Notes: generated by a model from the sequence alone, not told the origin. Positions 35,881 to 50,515 are shown, counted from the whole stretch's first letter. The stretch: 63,994 bases of DNA, filler included, from Phoronis australis (GCA_002633005.1; 7 parts of 7 records of this genome joined end to end with filler, not necessarily neighbours in it); one strand, 5' to 3'. Made by a program: numbers and translations.

Positions 35881-38800
35881 AATGCTGTGTGCACCAGCAG
35901 GGCATCTTCCCACAGTTGTATACTGATGCTGTGTGTAATCACTTATTTGACATTCATTATTCCAATGAGTTAGTTCAACCGTGCTGCATACTGAGCTGCA
36001 GTGCGAGTGCAGCAGTTTTAATAATTAAACATTGAGTTTTTTCACACGAACCAAAATGGGAGACCCCAACTGTCACTATGAGAAAGCCCTTACTGTTATC
36101 ATCAACAATCAGTGCTTTCCCACTAGAGGCAAAACATTGCTGCAGTAAGTGGGAAAGGACTAACCCGTTAGTTAATCTGCAAGCGAAACTTAGCTGAAAA
36201 TAGTAGGATTTTAAAAGCGTGGCTTTGGTACCCACTAGAACTTTGGTGTTGTGGAAAAGATCAGAGAGGAAATAAAAGAGCACCTAATAAGGAACAAAAA
36301 AACAGGAAACAATTAAATGGGAATATATTGAAACCCTTTAAATAGGCATCAGCAAATTAATGTATTAAACAATTTATTAGCCAGAACAAAAGCATGAAAT
36401 GTACCGATTTCCCAAATATAGACAGGATTTAGCAATAACACCAACAGCACATCTTTTGGTGAGTTATGGGAATTGATTCTTCAAAATACGAGAGCTTCCC
36501 ACCTAAAGATAATTTGGAGGGTTGGCAAAACCATTGTCACAATTCTCTGGCCCAATTATTTCGAATATATGTTTTATCTAGTGCACTGCAGACGGAAACT
36601 CAGCACGGCAGACAGCATTGCTGAAAGCGGAGGTATTGATGTCGGCGGGGTTCTTAAACTTTGCAAACATGAGAAGAAAATAAAATGACAAAAACGTTCA
36701 AGTATCATATTTTGAAGTAAGTCCATGATCCGGGACAATAATTCGTTACTTGCATTGTAATTCACATTGCCAAACCGCCATCAGGAGCCCCAGCGTCGTT
36801 GCTCTCGTTTTGATCATCATCTGTATCTAAAAGTCGGGAATCTCGCGTTTTCTAACACTGGGCGCTAAATCTTCAATCTTAAAAAGTCGGGGAAACTGGA
36901 AATCTTGAAAAATCGCAGAGGGGCAGTTAACCGAGCAGTGGGCGATTAAATCGAAAATCCACCTAAAGTAGGGGTGGGCGGTTAACTCAGCATGGGCGTT
37001 AATCCGAATGTTTACGGTAGTTTAGAACACAAAGTTCTCAACAAATGTAACTTTTCAGGAAATTTCACTTCACTTCTGGTAAGGATTGTATGACCAGGGC
37101 TTGACATAACGAGCTGCAGTTCGCATTTGCGACCTGAAAATTGGAAATTTGAGCTGAGATTTTTGTCAGTTCGTATCAAGTCGCGACGTATGCGAGCTAA
37201 TTTACACTTCTCGGCAGATACCTGGCAAAAAAGCAACTCTTGTTAATCCGACCGTTGTATGGTTGTTGCCAAATCCAAGTTCAAAAGAACACTAACTGAG
37301 AACACTTTAACATCTATATTTACAACTTTTACATTTACAACGGGTTTCAAGCCTTCAAGCCGGGTTTCAAGCCTTCAAGCCGTTCAGAATAAGAGCTGTA
37401 ACCTTTAAACCAGTTTAAAAGTTATACCTTGGTGTGAACAGGACATAACAGTCCAGTGAACTGAAACACATCAGCTGATACCAGACTGGGTTTTAATGGC
37501 AATGAAAACAATAGAGATCTTTGGAACACATGTTCACCAATTGAGCAACACAGCAACAAACAAATGTTATTCAACTATTCAGCAGGCTCAGACCAATAAA
37601 CTTATAGGTCTGAAGCTCAAGTAATGCCCTTGCACTCAATGTAATAGTGTTTCAGTCCACAAATTACATAAATAATGAATGNNNNNNNNNNNNNNNNNNN
37701 NNNNNNNNNNNNNNNNNNNNNNNNNTTAATTAATTAANNNNNNNNNNNNNNNNNNNNNNNNNNNNNNNNNNNNNNNNNNNNCTAACATTTAAAGTACATG
37801 TATGAACAGTCGCGAGTTTACTGAAGTCTCATTATAAGTACAGAAATGTTTTTGAAAAATAACAGTGACTATCTGAGGAGAGGAATACATAACAAAATAA
37901 AATATGGAAACACCAAACAAAAATCAAAACAACACTTACCTGTTGCAATAACGACTTAAACGCAAACGTACTGACCGACTTGCATGAACGGAATGTTAGT
38001 TGAACATGTTAGTAGAACAAAACTGTCTCAATGAAATTTTCATGGTTTACAGGTTTAAGAAGATCCACCGCTCCGTATATAAGTCCAGCAGAATATATGG
38101 CCAATTTGCGTATCTTAAAATTTTCCCTAAAAAGTATTTTTACATAAGACGTTTGGTTTCCCGAACTTATATACGGAAATCGGTGGTAATACTTCCCAAA
38201 ATTATTTACCCTTGCTGCAGGTAAGGCATCACCTCGGGTAAAAATAGAAAAATAATAATTAGCAATGTAACAGTCAACACAATTAAACACACTTACAGCT
38301 GAAATGCCTCTAAAACTATCTTAAGTAATACAAAAAGCATGGTCTGTAGTTGAAGATCACGTTTCTTTTTTGTCTCAAAACTATCAACTGAAGACGGTGA
38401 AATGGACAAGAAGACAAGGTCCTGTGAAAAGTAGATATGGAACTCCAGGTCGGAAACACCTATAAGGTCCCAGGTTCGTTGCATCGGACTGCAGGTCCTG
38501 CATTCCTGTTAGCCTACCTCTAGGACAGCAAGAAGCAACGACTATCAAATCTGATTCAACTGATTTGTCATTTTTCGAAATGATTGGAGGATTTTCTTAC
38601 GGTCGCTGCAGACAGAGATCGAGTGCCACAGGGTACCGCTTGGGCGGCGCAGCACTGAAAAAATTGGAGGGCTAAAGCCCCCTCAGACCCCTGTGGTGCA
38701 TCGCATATTGACCACGCGTGGCGTAGCACTGAAAAAAGTGGGAGGTTATAGCCCCCCAGTCCCCTATGGTGCGCCGCCCATGTCCCGGTGTCCTCAGTTG

Positions 38801-41800
38801 TCGGGTATCATCTTAATCTCGGGACACAATGGAGTCCAGGGTGTTGTACCTCAGACGGTACAAGGCACGAATTAACAAGACCACAAGTACACAGACCAGT
38901 GGATGATCAATCAAAATTAGGTCGCCGCATATTCAATATTTTTAGGTCTTCATAGGGGTAAAGCTCGTAACGCTAGGACTTCACTAAAAAGCAAGAATTC
39001 ATGAAATTACGTGACATATTGTGTATTTTCAGTTGAAAACGTGATTTTGGCTAGACTTTTCTATTCCCAAGACAGCTACTGAACTCTACCCTAGTCTTCG
39101 TCCAGGGCCGCAAGGGTGAGAATCTCACGAGCACGCTAGTCTGAAGACTTCGAGACGTATGGTCAAGTATTGCAAGCGAAGCACACGATCACACCATCTT
39201 CTTTAGCGAGATTCTTGCGTCTGTGATGATTATCAGAGATAGAGAATTTGTAAGGGTAGTGAAGCGTGGTTACGTGGGTGTATATTAGTTTTTGATATGT
39301 GTTATAGTACAGGCACTTACACAACACTAAGGCAGCGATGCAGTGTCCCTGTAGCAAATGCGTGTGCGGCACTCTGCCAGCGCGCCGTTCTGAGTGCTGG
39401 GCCTTACACCGCTTAACACATTACACGAATGAGCACTACCAAGAAGACACTGAAAAACGAAAGACGTTTGAACTGCAAACAGATTTTTAATGAAAAAGTT
39501 TCGTTTCAACCCAAAAATTGCGTTGTCAGAGGCACGTCTGAATGTTAGTCAGTGGTGGCTCATTCCTTGCTAACTGTCCCATTCAAAATTATTAAGCAAG
39601 CCCAGAACGGCTGCACGAAGATTTTAATCATTCGCCGGGATGCAGGTAAGTGGCAGCAAAACTTATTGTCCGGCGATAGTTGGGCATTTGCAAAGGCCAG
39701 GACGTTTTAAAATAAAAACGTTTCGTAAACACGCAAGTTGATGTCAGGCGTGCATGTTCAATGTCACAGTCGGGAGTCGAACAGCACGGCCTATTTAAAC
39801 CAGAGCACATGTTACGCTACAACGAAAAGTTGCAGCCTTCGGTGTATTTCCTATTTGTATTTTCATCAGAAATTTTCGTTAGGCGGAACTCGGTGATTCT
39901 TTTCATAGCTAAAGCGCCAAACACAAGCTAAACGCAAGACAATCGAGTAACGGTCGTGACATCGTCAAGACAAGGTAAAAATTACAAACCCGTTATACCG
40001 ATTCTCGGACTCGAGCCTTATACAGTAGTAATCATCCGTTGAACGCTTTAGTGACACGGGAGTTGCGTCGATCCCAAATTACCATATCTAAAATTTTCCT
40101 TGTCCGAAAGTCGCGGGACAAAATTCTGATGTTTATGATAATGTCCGAAATTCGAGGATCTTTGAAAAACAGTTTTTGGACCTTGTACGAATTTCGTGGA
40201 CTATGAAAAACTCATTTCGTAAATATTTATTCTTGGTCGAAAATGGCGGGCCGTCCGAAAATCACGCGACTTTACCGTAACAAACAACTGCCAATAATTG
40301 CTTTAACATAGATTCCAGGATTTTTGGACCTTTAAGCTAATGAATTTTAAGTGGCTTATTAGATACTGTGATAACCAAACTTTTTACAGCAAAAACCAGC
40401 GAACAGCTTAAGTAACAGATGTACAAAGTATGAATTATGTATAGTAAACACTGCCTAAGGAATGGAACAAATTAATGTGACTAATGGTTTTAGAAATGCC
40501 TGGATGTTAGCTACAGTATGTGAGTTTTCTGAAATATGATATTAAATTACGGTAAAAATTCTCCTGTCTCTGAAATGTCTTAGAATGAGGCTGACAGTAA
40601 GTTTGCAGCGCTGATCTTGTTGGTAGAATAACTCACACACAAAAGCATATTATCAGTTGACCTGGAGTTGTTCACTATGTTTTCTGTGTTCAACACCCCC
40701 ATGGAAATCAACTCCATAATTTTTAATAAGAAGATATAATAATTGATGAATGTTCAAAATTAAAATAATTGAATGTATGTTACTAATCCAGCTATAGCAT
40801 AATGCAATTCAAAAATAAACCTGTAGAAGTCTGTGAGGTGGGACTCTACGTTATCATTTTTATAAAGTAAGTCTAGAAATTGATTGATTTTTTGACTTGC
40901 ATTGTTCAAAATTAAGTTTTTGTTGGGAATTTCCTACTCAAAGGACAAATATGACCGAAAAGTATAAATCTGCCAAAATAGTTGATGTATATATGTTTAA
41001 AGTTTCACTTCATTTGAACAAAACTTTCAGCCATCTGTTGACAAGTATCTTGGAACACTGCAATAATGATTTTCTAACACTAACAGGATGTTTAAACTTT
41101 TCTCATAAGTGTGTCCCTAGTCAGTGCAAGTCACTTATCTGGGACTAATAAAATAAATAAGAAGGCAATGCAGTAGCTTTCTCTAAGTCCTTACTCGGTT
41201 TAGATAATGGAAAACATACTCCTGCAGTAGAGGATAATATTTGTACACCCCATCATCTGTGAATCAGATATGGCTAGTACCGTACTTCTCCAGGTTACCG
41301 CCCATCCCGAAATTGACAAATTGCCAGTTTTAAGCCCCCATGCTTGGCTCACCGCCAGCTTCCAATTAATACGACTGAGAATTTTTCAAATATGCCTTGT
41401 CTCTTTGAACAAAATTAGCCTGGTTTAACGCCTACACCCTGATTTAGAGTTCCTGAAATTAAGCTCCTGGGCAGGAACTGAAATGAGCATGGTATTGCCG
41501 TTCTCTATTCTAGGATTTCCCTTGGTCAAATTTCCTTTATCGCAGGTTTGGTGTATCAATTTTGTTTGATTTAACTGTTTGTAAAGCATAACAAGCCTGG
41601 TATCACAGACATTATTTGGGGAATTCATTTTGGTTCAATGTGGTGTTCCTTGGATGTGGTTGTGTTTACTTGTTCATGTACTTCATGAGTTGATGACAGT
41701 GTAAATTATCTTACCACTGAGATGCTGACTTCATCTTAGGAATCAAAAGCAATGCCAAGCCATCATTTTTGCTTTTGAAATCTGGGCTTCATTTGTTCTG

Positions 41801-43056
41801 TTTTCCTTTTTTGTAAATCGTCTTTTTGCCACGCTATTTTTGAGCGAACTGTTGAAAATTCAGGGTCCTGTATCACTTGACTCGTGGACCAGGCAGTCTC
41901 GCCACCTGGTGACTGACTAGTTGTTGGAAAAATGTGACAAATCGGTACAGACTTGTAGAAAAATATTCTGTTGTTGAATGTATGCGACAAGTAAATACTT
42001 TTAAAAATACGGTGAATGAGTTATGTTGTCTAACTTTCACCATGAATTCTTGGCCAAGCGCACGACACGATGAGCTACAGATCGCATTTGCAGCTCAGGC
42101 TCAAGCCCACCCGTAATTTACTTCACTGAAATTGATTCTCAAGACTGTTACTGTATTTGCCCTAATAAGCGCCCATGCCCCTATGAGTGCTCCCCACGAG
42201 TTTTCAGACTTCGCTAAAATAAGCGCCCAGCCCTTGAACGTGTACATGGGAAAATGCCTTACTTACAGTACTAAAGTTCTACAGTAATGTCTCCAATTTA
42301 TCAATAAGATCCGAAAGTCCTGAAAAAATCATTGTGCGCGGAACTAATTGTAGACCACGAGCCTCGCTGTTATGTCGGTATTTAGCCGTGAGTATACACT
42401 TCATTGAAACTTCCTCCGTGCTTCAAAAAGAACGCAAAAGTTTTGCCGATCTTGCGAGGAACCTGTTCCACTTATGGTCTGGCCTTTCAGAACAAATGCA
42501 GATTTAGTTATTTGATTAAAACCCGAACAGACCACAATCCCGAGTCTAGTCATTCAGATAACAAGGTTATTTTCTTTCAAAAAAATTACCTTCACCCAGA
42601 ATAGGATCCCAGTCACATTGAATTACTCAAGAATCAATACGTATGAAGTGAACACCTTTTGGAAGGACTTAGTCAATGTGATGTCAGATCCTTTGAATAT
42701 CTATCACATTTTCATTTAATTACTTATTATCATCATTATGATTATTATTATTTTTTGTTGTTGTTGACACTTTATGGTCACATAAATTTAAAAGTCCTCA
42801 CTTCAAATTGTTTGAATGCATTATTTAGGTTTTGGTGTAGGTTCAAATTTTCACACAGCCCCAATTAAATTTCACCTTTAACGCCCATGTTTGGCTAACC
42901 TAACTTTTCTTAAGCAATTAATTTTTTAAAGTTAAAAAAAATCTTCAGTTTCAGTCCACGTTTGCAATTTATTTCAGCCAATGTTTTATTGCTGTGTAGT
43001 CATTGCTAATGTGATAATTGTTCTGCTCTCCATGAAAAGAACTTATTTAGACGAGT

Positions 43057-43553
43057 GGCCCTTTCATATTGACTTAACTCCGGTATGAGTGGAGCGTCGA
43101 CGTAAACAGCGTAGTTAACTGGACCGTTCATACTGGCTTTGGTAGTTAATAAACATTGAAGTAAACGGTAGGTGACACTGTCGTCATCGATGTCCTCGCA
43201 AGGTAACGCTGCTTGCTAAGATTGTTTTCATTGTGACAATTTGGGAACATTTACATGTGCCAATTGACATTAAACTTATTTTTAAAGTGATTAGAGCAAA
43301 ATATAAGCAGCTATTAGTGATGGCATTTAGCCCTGTAACTGTTGACGATAACAGTGGCACTTGGCGATAACTTCGATTGGACTGAATTTAACCGTTCATA
43401 CTGTACCGCAGCATCGACACTGTGCTGTTAAATCCACCTGTTAACTGCGATGTTAATTGGAGCTGTTAACTGCGATCCAGGACCGGAGTTAAGCGTTCAT
43501 ACCGACCGCAACTCCCCAAACCATCGACATGTCGAGTTTAGTATGAAAGGCCC
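43057..43553 (+). mobile_element. Harbinger-like MITE (GGCCCTTTCATA...TATGAAAGGCCC); further copies at 50015-50484 and partial 63490-63710
   Basis: TIRs; three homologous copies sharing internal gttcatactg repeats and gataacagtggc. Confidence 0.85.
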
Positions 43554-44169
43554 TCTAGATATTGAGAGTTGGTGATGCTTACTTATCTGGTACAAATCTA
43601 TTGAAGCAGTACAATGTGCAGTGAAATGGGCAGAGTTTTCAATGTGGTCAATTCAATTCACTTTCAAATGTACTGTCCCAGCAATGGTCCCAGGCTAGAG
43701 TGGTCCAAAGCAATCAAAAGCACCCTGTTGCAGTTGACCTTGTCCTGTCTTAGGTGACGTGGGACACACCTTGTTACCCTAAAAACTGAACTGATGCACT
43801 GACCTGGTGAAATCTACTCTGTTGCCATTCCTGTCAGGCATGAGAATCAACCAGGTGGATCATCATGTCCATGTGATCAAGCAAGATTTGTTTGAGTACC
43901 ATGATGGCCTGGTCAGCCTGTTGTGTTCAACCACCTCTGTGAAGCTGCTGCAATAACTTGTGCATCTGGATTCTAGTGGGTGTGGCCTCTTATCTTCTAA
44001 GCTTATCAGTGGAAGAAGAACAGGTGGATTGACAAGTTGTGGGAGTTGAGAAACTGCATAGTGCACTGTTAAATGTTGTGGACAGATTGGAATTCAAGCC
44101 ACACAGGCACTGAGCTGTCTAGACACACAGTAGTGAACTATAAAGAAAATAACAGAAATCAAGAACATG

Positions 44170-45459
44170 TGTGTTTTTTTCTTGATTGACATACATATGG
44201 GCATTGTGACATTGTGACATATGGTGCTTTGGGGTTTCCTGTCGAGATTTTCTGGTGCACCTGATTGGAGTATTTAAAGATGTAAAAGGAGTTTTACTTT
44301 GATATCGCATTAAGGTTATCTCCAACCTTATTTAGTGGCCTCCGTAAAGTTACGAACGTCCCGTCACATTCTCCCCCCTCTCAACACTGCTAGGGTCGCC
44401 GGACCCAACAACAGATGACACAATTTTCTTTTGAACAGGAGACAGCTCCCCTATCAATGAAATCAACGATGACATATTTTCATCACTTTTACCGGCACAT
44501 TCACGGAGAAATGACTCATCAGTAACAGTAGCTTTTGAAATTTTCAATTTGAAATCCTTGAAATGGTTCTTACGTACAAAATTAACACACTTGTTAACCA
44601 TTTTTTCAGAATCAAAGACGATATAAAAGGATAAGTTAACTCGCCAAGCATGCTTAACGCCATTGCGAATTTCAGCGGGCAGAAAATTCAACAACTCACC
44701 ATCCTCACACTCTGGTACGTCACCAACAATCACACATTTGTCACACAGCGAATCCATGACAAAGGATGAAATATACGGAACATGAACAAACTTAGAATCA
44801 CCCCAATAATGTGAGATAACTCGACCTACAGCATGAAAATACACTAGCTTAAGAAATTAAAGAACTCTCAATACCCGGCACATCAAGTGAACTTATGTCA
44901 AACAACAGTAACACAAAACATTTTCAGTGACACAAAATGCAACTGAGTCCAGTTTCCTGCAGGATAGGGCGTCGTCAAACACATAGTCCAGAAAGTTCCG
45001 TTCTTGGCGAGCACGAGGATCCGTTCCAGACACCACCACGAACTTGTGACCACAGTAGCAAATTAAGACATTGTCCTTTCCAGAAAATTCTTACCCGAGT
45101 CGCGACATAAATCTTGTAAAGTCAGCAAGCAGTTCAACTTTCCATGCAAGGCCGTAGCACGGTCATAATTTTACAGACGTCGTCAGAGAAAAGTTCTGGT
45201 TTGTTCGATTTACGTTGGGCGCCAAATGTAACAGAGCAAGTCTCCACTGAACCTCAAAATATGTATTTTCTCTCATCAGGCATTCGTTTCAGTTCAATTT
45301 GCACATGATAACATCGCTAGCGACAGGCTTAGGAGAAGGGTGTTTCCTTCTTTTGCTTTCATGGAAAGTTGATGTTATCATGTGCAAATTGAACTGAAAC
45401 GAATGCCTGATGAGAGAAAATACATATTTTGAGGTTCAGTGGAGACTTGCTCTGTTACA
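44170..45459 (-). mobile_element. Gypsy-like LTR retrotransposon 5' remnant: LTR-like unit 45227-45459, tRNA-Lys PBS, gag-like N-terminus (44757->44350)
   Basis: Minus strand TGTTACA-tt-TGGCGCCCAACGT, complementary to the tRNA-Lys(CUU) 3' end. The downstream ORF MDSLCDKCVIVGDVP..FYIVFDSE has an RRM-like pattern as in PNMA-type gag; capsid and pol are absent. Confidence 0.75.
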
Positions 45460-47016
45460 ATTCTAACTCGCATAGCTTTGTCAACTAGTAAAAGTATACA
45501 TTTTCTGAAAGAACAAAGACCAGGAAATGTAAATATACTTTTTGTATTTATGTTCCATTATTATTTTTACGTAAAAGCCTTTTTAAGTCAAAATTTCATT
45601 TTTAAGAAAGGTACATTCATAGCACAAAGTAACCCTTCGGTTGATTTTAATGAAATCATTTTTAAATGAAAATTTCACCAGTTACATCAAAAACGCTGTT
45701 AGGAATTTTCGATTAGTCTGTTCGTTTGGTTTCTATTACAAATCAACTTGCAAAACGAAAGGTATTTTTTTAAAAAAATAGAGTCGTATTGGTCTTTGTC
45801 ACAGTATGCAAAAACTAGGCCTTTATATCAAAAATCCTAACAGCGTTTTGAGATTGATGACTATATATTAAGTTTGGAAAGTTTCCGAGAAATCCATCGA
45901 ACGGTTTTTGAGAACCAGTGTTTCTAAGTTCAAATAAAGTCAATTTGCCAAAGCCGAGAAAAAGCCGATTAAACTAGGACAAGGGAAAATCTCGAAGTCT
46001 TCGGTTAATTATTCGGTGAAAATTTGCTTTTGGTAGACATAACCTATACAGTCTTTAACTATGTTAGCTATTTCAACGTTCACTCGCAATGTCAACTGAT
46101 TTTGCAGTGCGTAACTTACTTAATTATCATTAAAACCTCAAATAGATGTATCTTTTCCAGCCAACTTTTACTGTTATTTACGACCTACTTTCTAAGTAGG
46201 TCACAGTTCATAGCCTGTAAACGTCGCGTGCTGGGAGACTGATACGAAACCAAGTAAGAAATGGATTACAAAAATCGAATCGGTGGTTGAAGTACCGGTA
46301 TATTGTTAGCATGAGATCAAAACATCGAAATGTCAACTTATTAATTGAATTAAGGAATTACGGGGAGGATTTATCTCTTTTCACAACTTTCTGTGTTCAT
46401 GACCACAGAGGCTTGGCTAGGCGACTCGTAGCATTCGTTTTCAATGCCAATGGTCCTATGCATGTAGATGCACATTACTCCCTTAGGATCAAAACTACGT
46501 TTTGTCTTTGTTTTCCCTGGCTCCATTCTATCATAAGTACACCTCGTTGGCTCAATGTTGTGGCGACTTTGTGAATGAAAGGACTGAGGATATAGGAAGC
46601 TGTTCTGTACCTGGCGAGAGATTCTATGTAATTAGTAAACAAATATCCACGCGATTGTGCGGTTCCAAGGTGGTTCTGCTAAATCTTTTTTATCGTTACA
46701 TGGTATATATTTTGTATTTGAAGTTCCCCGAGAATGAAGGTAAGGTATTTTGCTAAACACAATGAAATATTGTAAAAATGGCCAATTTTTGTGAATAAGG
46801 TTGGAAATATCCTTAAGTGAGTTTGCATGTGATGGATTACAAATATTTGAATTTCTAAACAGTACCCATTCTGAAAGATTCTTAATGAAGCACAGAAGGT
46901 AATAGATGGGGGTAGTGATTAATAAAAGTGTGTGGGAGGGTTTAAAAGAGTGTTGCAATTTAAACATTGTTCACCTTAATGACACTTAGTATTTTATTGG
47001 GATTTCTTTTGTTTAA

Positions 47017-47979
47017 AGTGTACACAACATGACTCTAGTACCTCAAAATAAATTTTATTATTATATCTTACTTGATTTCAGTGCCTTTAGTGCACAGCTC
47101 ATAAAGAAACACGCAAAAATTGGAAAAAATAATAGTTATGTACAACGTCATGGGTTGAACCCAAGTCGTTCGCCATACTGTTCGGATCAGAGACAAAGTG
47201 TATAGAGTGAAGAGAAAGCAAAGTATATTTAGCGTCGAGAAGGTTCGTAGAGGGATCAAAAGATGTGTTTCCGGAGGCTGCAGCAACAGCAGCCAGGCGG
47301 AAAACGTCTCGGTGTTCCGAAGGACACCAAAGTTGCGCAGAAGTGGCATGGCTTCGTGCGCCGAACGAGAGTGTGGGACGTCATCGTGGACCAAGCGATT
47401 CGGTCCGGGGCCACTCTGTGTTCTGCCCACTTTGAGGACTCGTGTTTCGACTCCAGTCACAGGAGACATTACGATGAAGGCCTGGTTCAATAAAGGACAA
47501 TATTTATCATTCAGAAACATCAGCTCTTAATTCAGGATCGTCTGTTGGATGACTGGGTTGACTCGCCGAGCCCGAGGCCGCTTCTCTCGCGGGAGGATCC
47601 AGTTCATAAGGCTCAAAGTAGAAAAGTACGCAGCCGGAAGCACATTAAACTTGTTCTCGCTTTCGTGCAACCCCATTTCCTCATCCTGGCCACCATTCCC
47701 GTACGTTTCTTCATAGTATTCGTTCAATTCTTGCTCATAATCGTCGTCACTTTCAAATTCCCTGGTCTCCGCCATTGTTCAATGCTAGTCACTGATCTCT
47801 TGTGTTCAACCCATGACGTCACATGGCGGGAAATGTGAAAATTGGCAAAATTGAAAGAAAAATCAAAATTTCGAGCTAATTACACAAAATAAACATGGGT
47901 TTAGCTAAATTGTACGTCATACATTTAGTCTGTGGCCACCGGTAATTTAAAATGTGCAAAAATCCATGGTGTGTACTGT
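47017..47979 (+). mobile_element. Kolobok-like non-autonomous element with THAP remnant (+) and KolX-like acidic N-terminus (-)
   Basis: TTAA on both sides; 15-bp TIR with 12/15 match; KRCVSGGCSN..PKD..KW..LCSAHFEDSCF; opposite strand MAETREFESDDDY..(frameshift)FYFEPY. Confidence 0.85.
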
Positions 47980-48329
47980 TTAATGCGATGATTTCCCTCC
48001 TTAACTCACTCTTCACAGGAAGCATGGCCTCTAGGTGCCTCTGGGTTGGCATATGTTCAACAGAAACACAACAATACTAGTTTTGTTCTCCAGATGGCTT
48101 TGTTTGAAGAGTCCTGTGTCCAGTTGTGGTCAGGTTCATGTCCCTCTTTCCTGTAGGTCTGTGTATGAACTATCACTGAGGAAGTAATTAAAAAGAATAT
48201 TATTCAATAATCATTCTGTTCTTAGTTTCTTTGTAGAATATTTTGATTTTATTGATGTTAAAGGTATTCCTCAAATTTAAACTAATCTACTTTTGTGTTT
48301 TTTTTCACCTGTCCCTAATTATTTATTGT

Positions 48330-48720
48330 TTATCAACCAATTTATTTTAGTAATAAAGGCCCCAGGCCCACTGTACAAAAGAACAATGTGTATCATACTT
48401 AAGAGTGCAGCAAGCTGTAACGGAGACGAAAAGCATAAAATACATATTTATATAGGTTAACTAATTTAGCATCATCACTTGTTGACATTAACCTATGGTA
48501 CAAAAAGACGGAAAATTCCAGTAATATGCTTCAATAGAATTTTCTCTCAATTCAGAATATTTATCACAGCTTAGAAGGAAATGGTTCTTTGCTTCAATAA
48601 CATTGGGGCAGAAGGGACACACTCTGTTTGCCCTATCCAAATTCAAGTGTCTGCCTACTTCAATCATGATACTGTGGCTGGAACAATGAAAACATGCCAT
48701 GGGCATAATTTGTGCACTGG
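48330..48720 (-). mobile_element. LINE 3' end (C-terminal Cys/His domain of ORF2)
   Basis: SSHSIMIEVGRH..RVCPFC..IE..HFLLSC, followed by a short 3' UTR with aataaa. Confidence 0.85.
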
Positions 48721-49854
48721 GGTATACTCAAACTTAAATTTTTCCAATTTGAATTCCATTTTAAATTGATTATAAAAACACAGTTTAGGATTACTCTCAA
48801 CACTTTGTCTCCATCCTTGCAAATGACAATCTCTTTATTGTTTATAATTACTTATTTATACTGTTTGTATTACATACCTTTACTTTTATATGCATGTTTT
48901 ATATTATATTTATTAATTATTTTTCTGCAGTATTTTCAGTTTCTTTAAGCGATACTCTACCCTGTTATGGTGATTTTACGCAACACTTGTATCACCATCT
49001 GCTATTGTATGATACTAGTAAAGTAAGCCCTTCCCTGGAAAGATGTCTACATTGTTATGGTTAAACTCTGTCCCTGACTGTCCTCTGTAGACTCGTTAGT
49101 TTGAGATGTGTGGGGCCTTTCTCCTCAGTCCTCCATTGCCATGACCGAGGCGACAGACAGTGGACTGTCGCATGCAGATTCTGTAAGGTTGTCAAACCTT
49201 TGAAAGTCTACATTGACAAAGTTTTACTTTTAAGTTGGTACAAACAGTAGAAAAACCAGGTTCAGTACCCTGTTATTATTCTTATCTTGTTTTTTAAGGT
49301 ATTGATAACTTTTAGCTGAGTACACTCAGTATATACAGGGATTCATCGAGGAGTTAAAAAGTAGGATGTCCCAAAAATGTGTTTCCCAATTTCTCGGGGC
49401 ATCCATGACCACCAATGACTCAGAGGACGCCTGATTGCATTTTTGTGACCCTTACTGTTGTAGTGTGGTGTGTTGCCATGGAGACATGGTACTATAAGTT
49501 CATCATGTCTTACATACCTGCAATATTTTAACTATTTTTTGTCCTGCACTGGCCATTGAGCTTATAGAACTGCTGTTAGCAAGTTAAAGGACTCTTACAT
49601 TACTTGCTTGCTTGATTTGAGTGTCTAAATGTTGAACAGGGCGTCCTGACTAGATCGTGTGTCTTATAACTTGAGTTGGGGTGTTGGTCACCCCGGGTGC
49701 CTGCTAGATGAAAGCTCCACTGCACTATATAATAATAATGATAATAATCATTAAGTCATGCAGTCAGTTACTGTGACTTTCTCGGTTGTTCTTATGAGAT
49801 GTCCCCAACCTACGCTATCATTATTTGTATTTACTTTGTTCAGTGTTGTAAGTT

Positions 49855-50014
49855 GGCCCTGTAGGAGAACGTCCACTATCACTATAGGCCCTGTAGGAGA
49901 ACGTCCACTATCACTATAGGCCCTGTAGGAGTACGTCCACTATCACTATAGGCCCTGTAGGAGAACGTCCACTATCACTATAGGCCCTGTAGGAGAACGT
50001 TCACTATCACTATA
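49855..50014. repeat. 32-bp tandem repeat x5 abutting a MITE terminus
   Basis: Unit ggccctgtaggagaacgtccactatcactata. Confidence 0.97.
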
Positions 50015-50515
50015 GGCCCTTTCATACTGCCTTAACTCTGGTCTGAGAGGAGCGTCGACTTAAACTGTGAAGTTAACTGAACTGTTCATACTGACTTCAG
50101 ATATCGAAGTAAATGTTTGGTGACTTCGTTGTCATGGAAGTAATCGCTAGGTAGTGTTGATGCATTGCGTGCAAGCTAAAGGTACATTTACATATGCTAA
50201 ATGACATGAAATTTACTTCCAATTCCATTGGTGATTATTTGAACAATATATAAGGAACTCATATTAGCGACGACACTTTCCTTAATTGTTGGCGATAACA
50301 GTGGCCCCTGACAATAACTACGATGGGACCGAAGTTGACTTCATACTGCACCGCAGCGTCAACGCTCCGCGGTTAAATCCACCTGTTAACTGCGAAGTTA
50401 ACTTGTGCTGTTATCTTCGATCAAGGGCTGAAGTTAACTATTCATACTGACCACATAACTCCCCAAAACATTGTATGAAAAGGCAAATTAAAATTTCAAT
50501 CAATTCAGTGACTCA

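Noticed and set aside
45385-45420. CTGATGAG hammerhead core inside the palindromic LTR
   Set aside because: No stem II closed by GAAA in the right geometry.
49855-50014. CRISPR-like appearance of the 32-bp and 39-bp arrays
   Set aside because: Units are head-to-tail with no unique spacers, there are no cas genes, and the context is eukaryotic.
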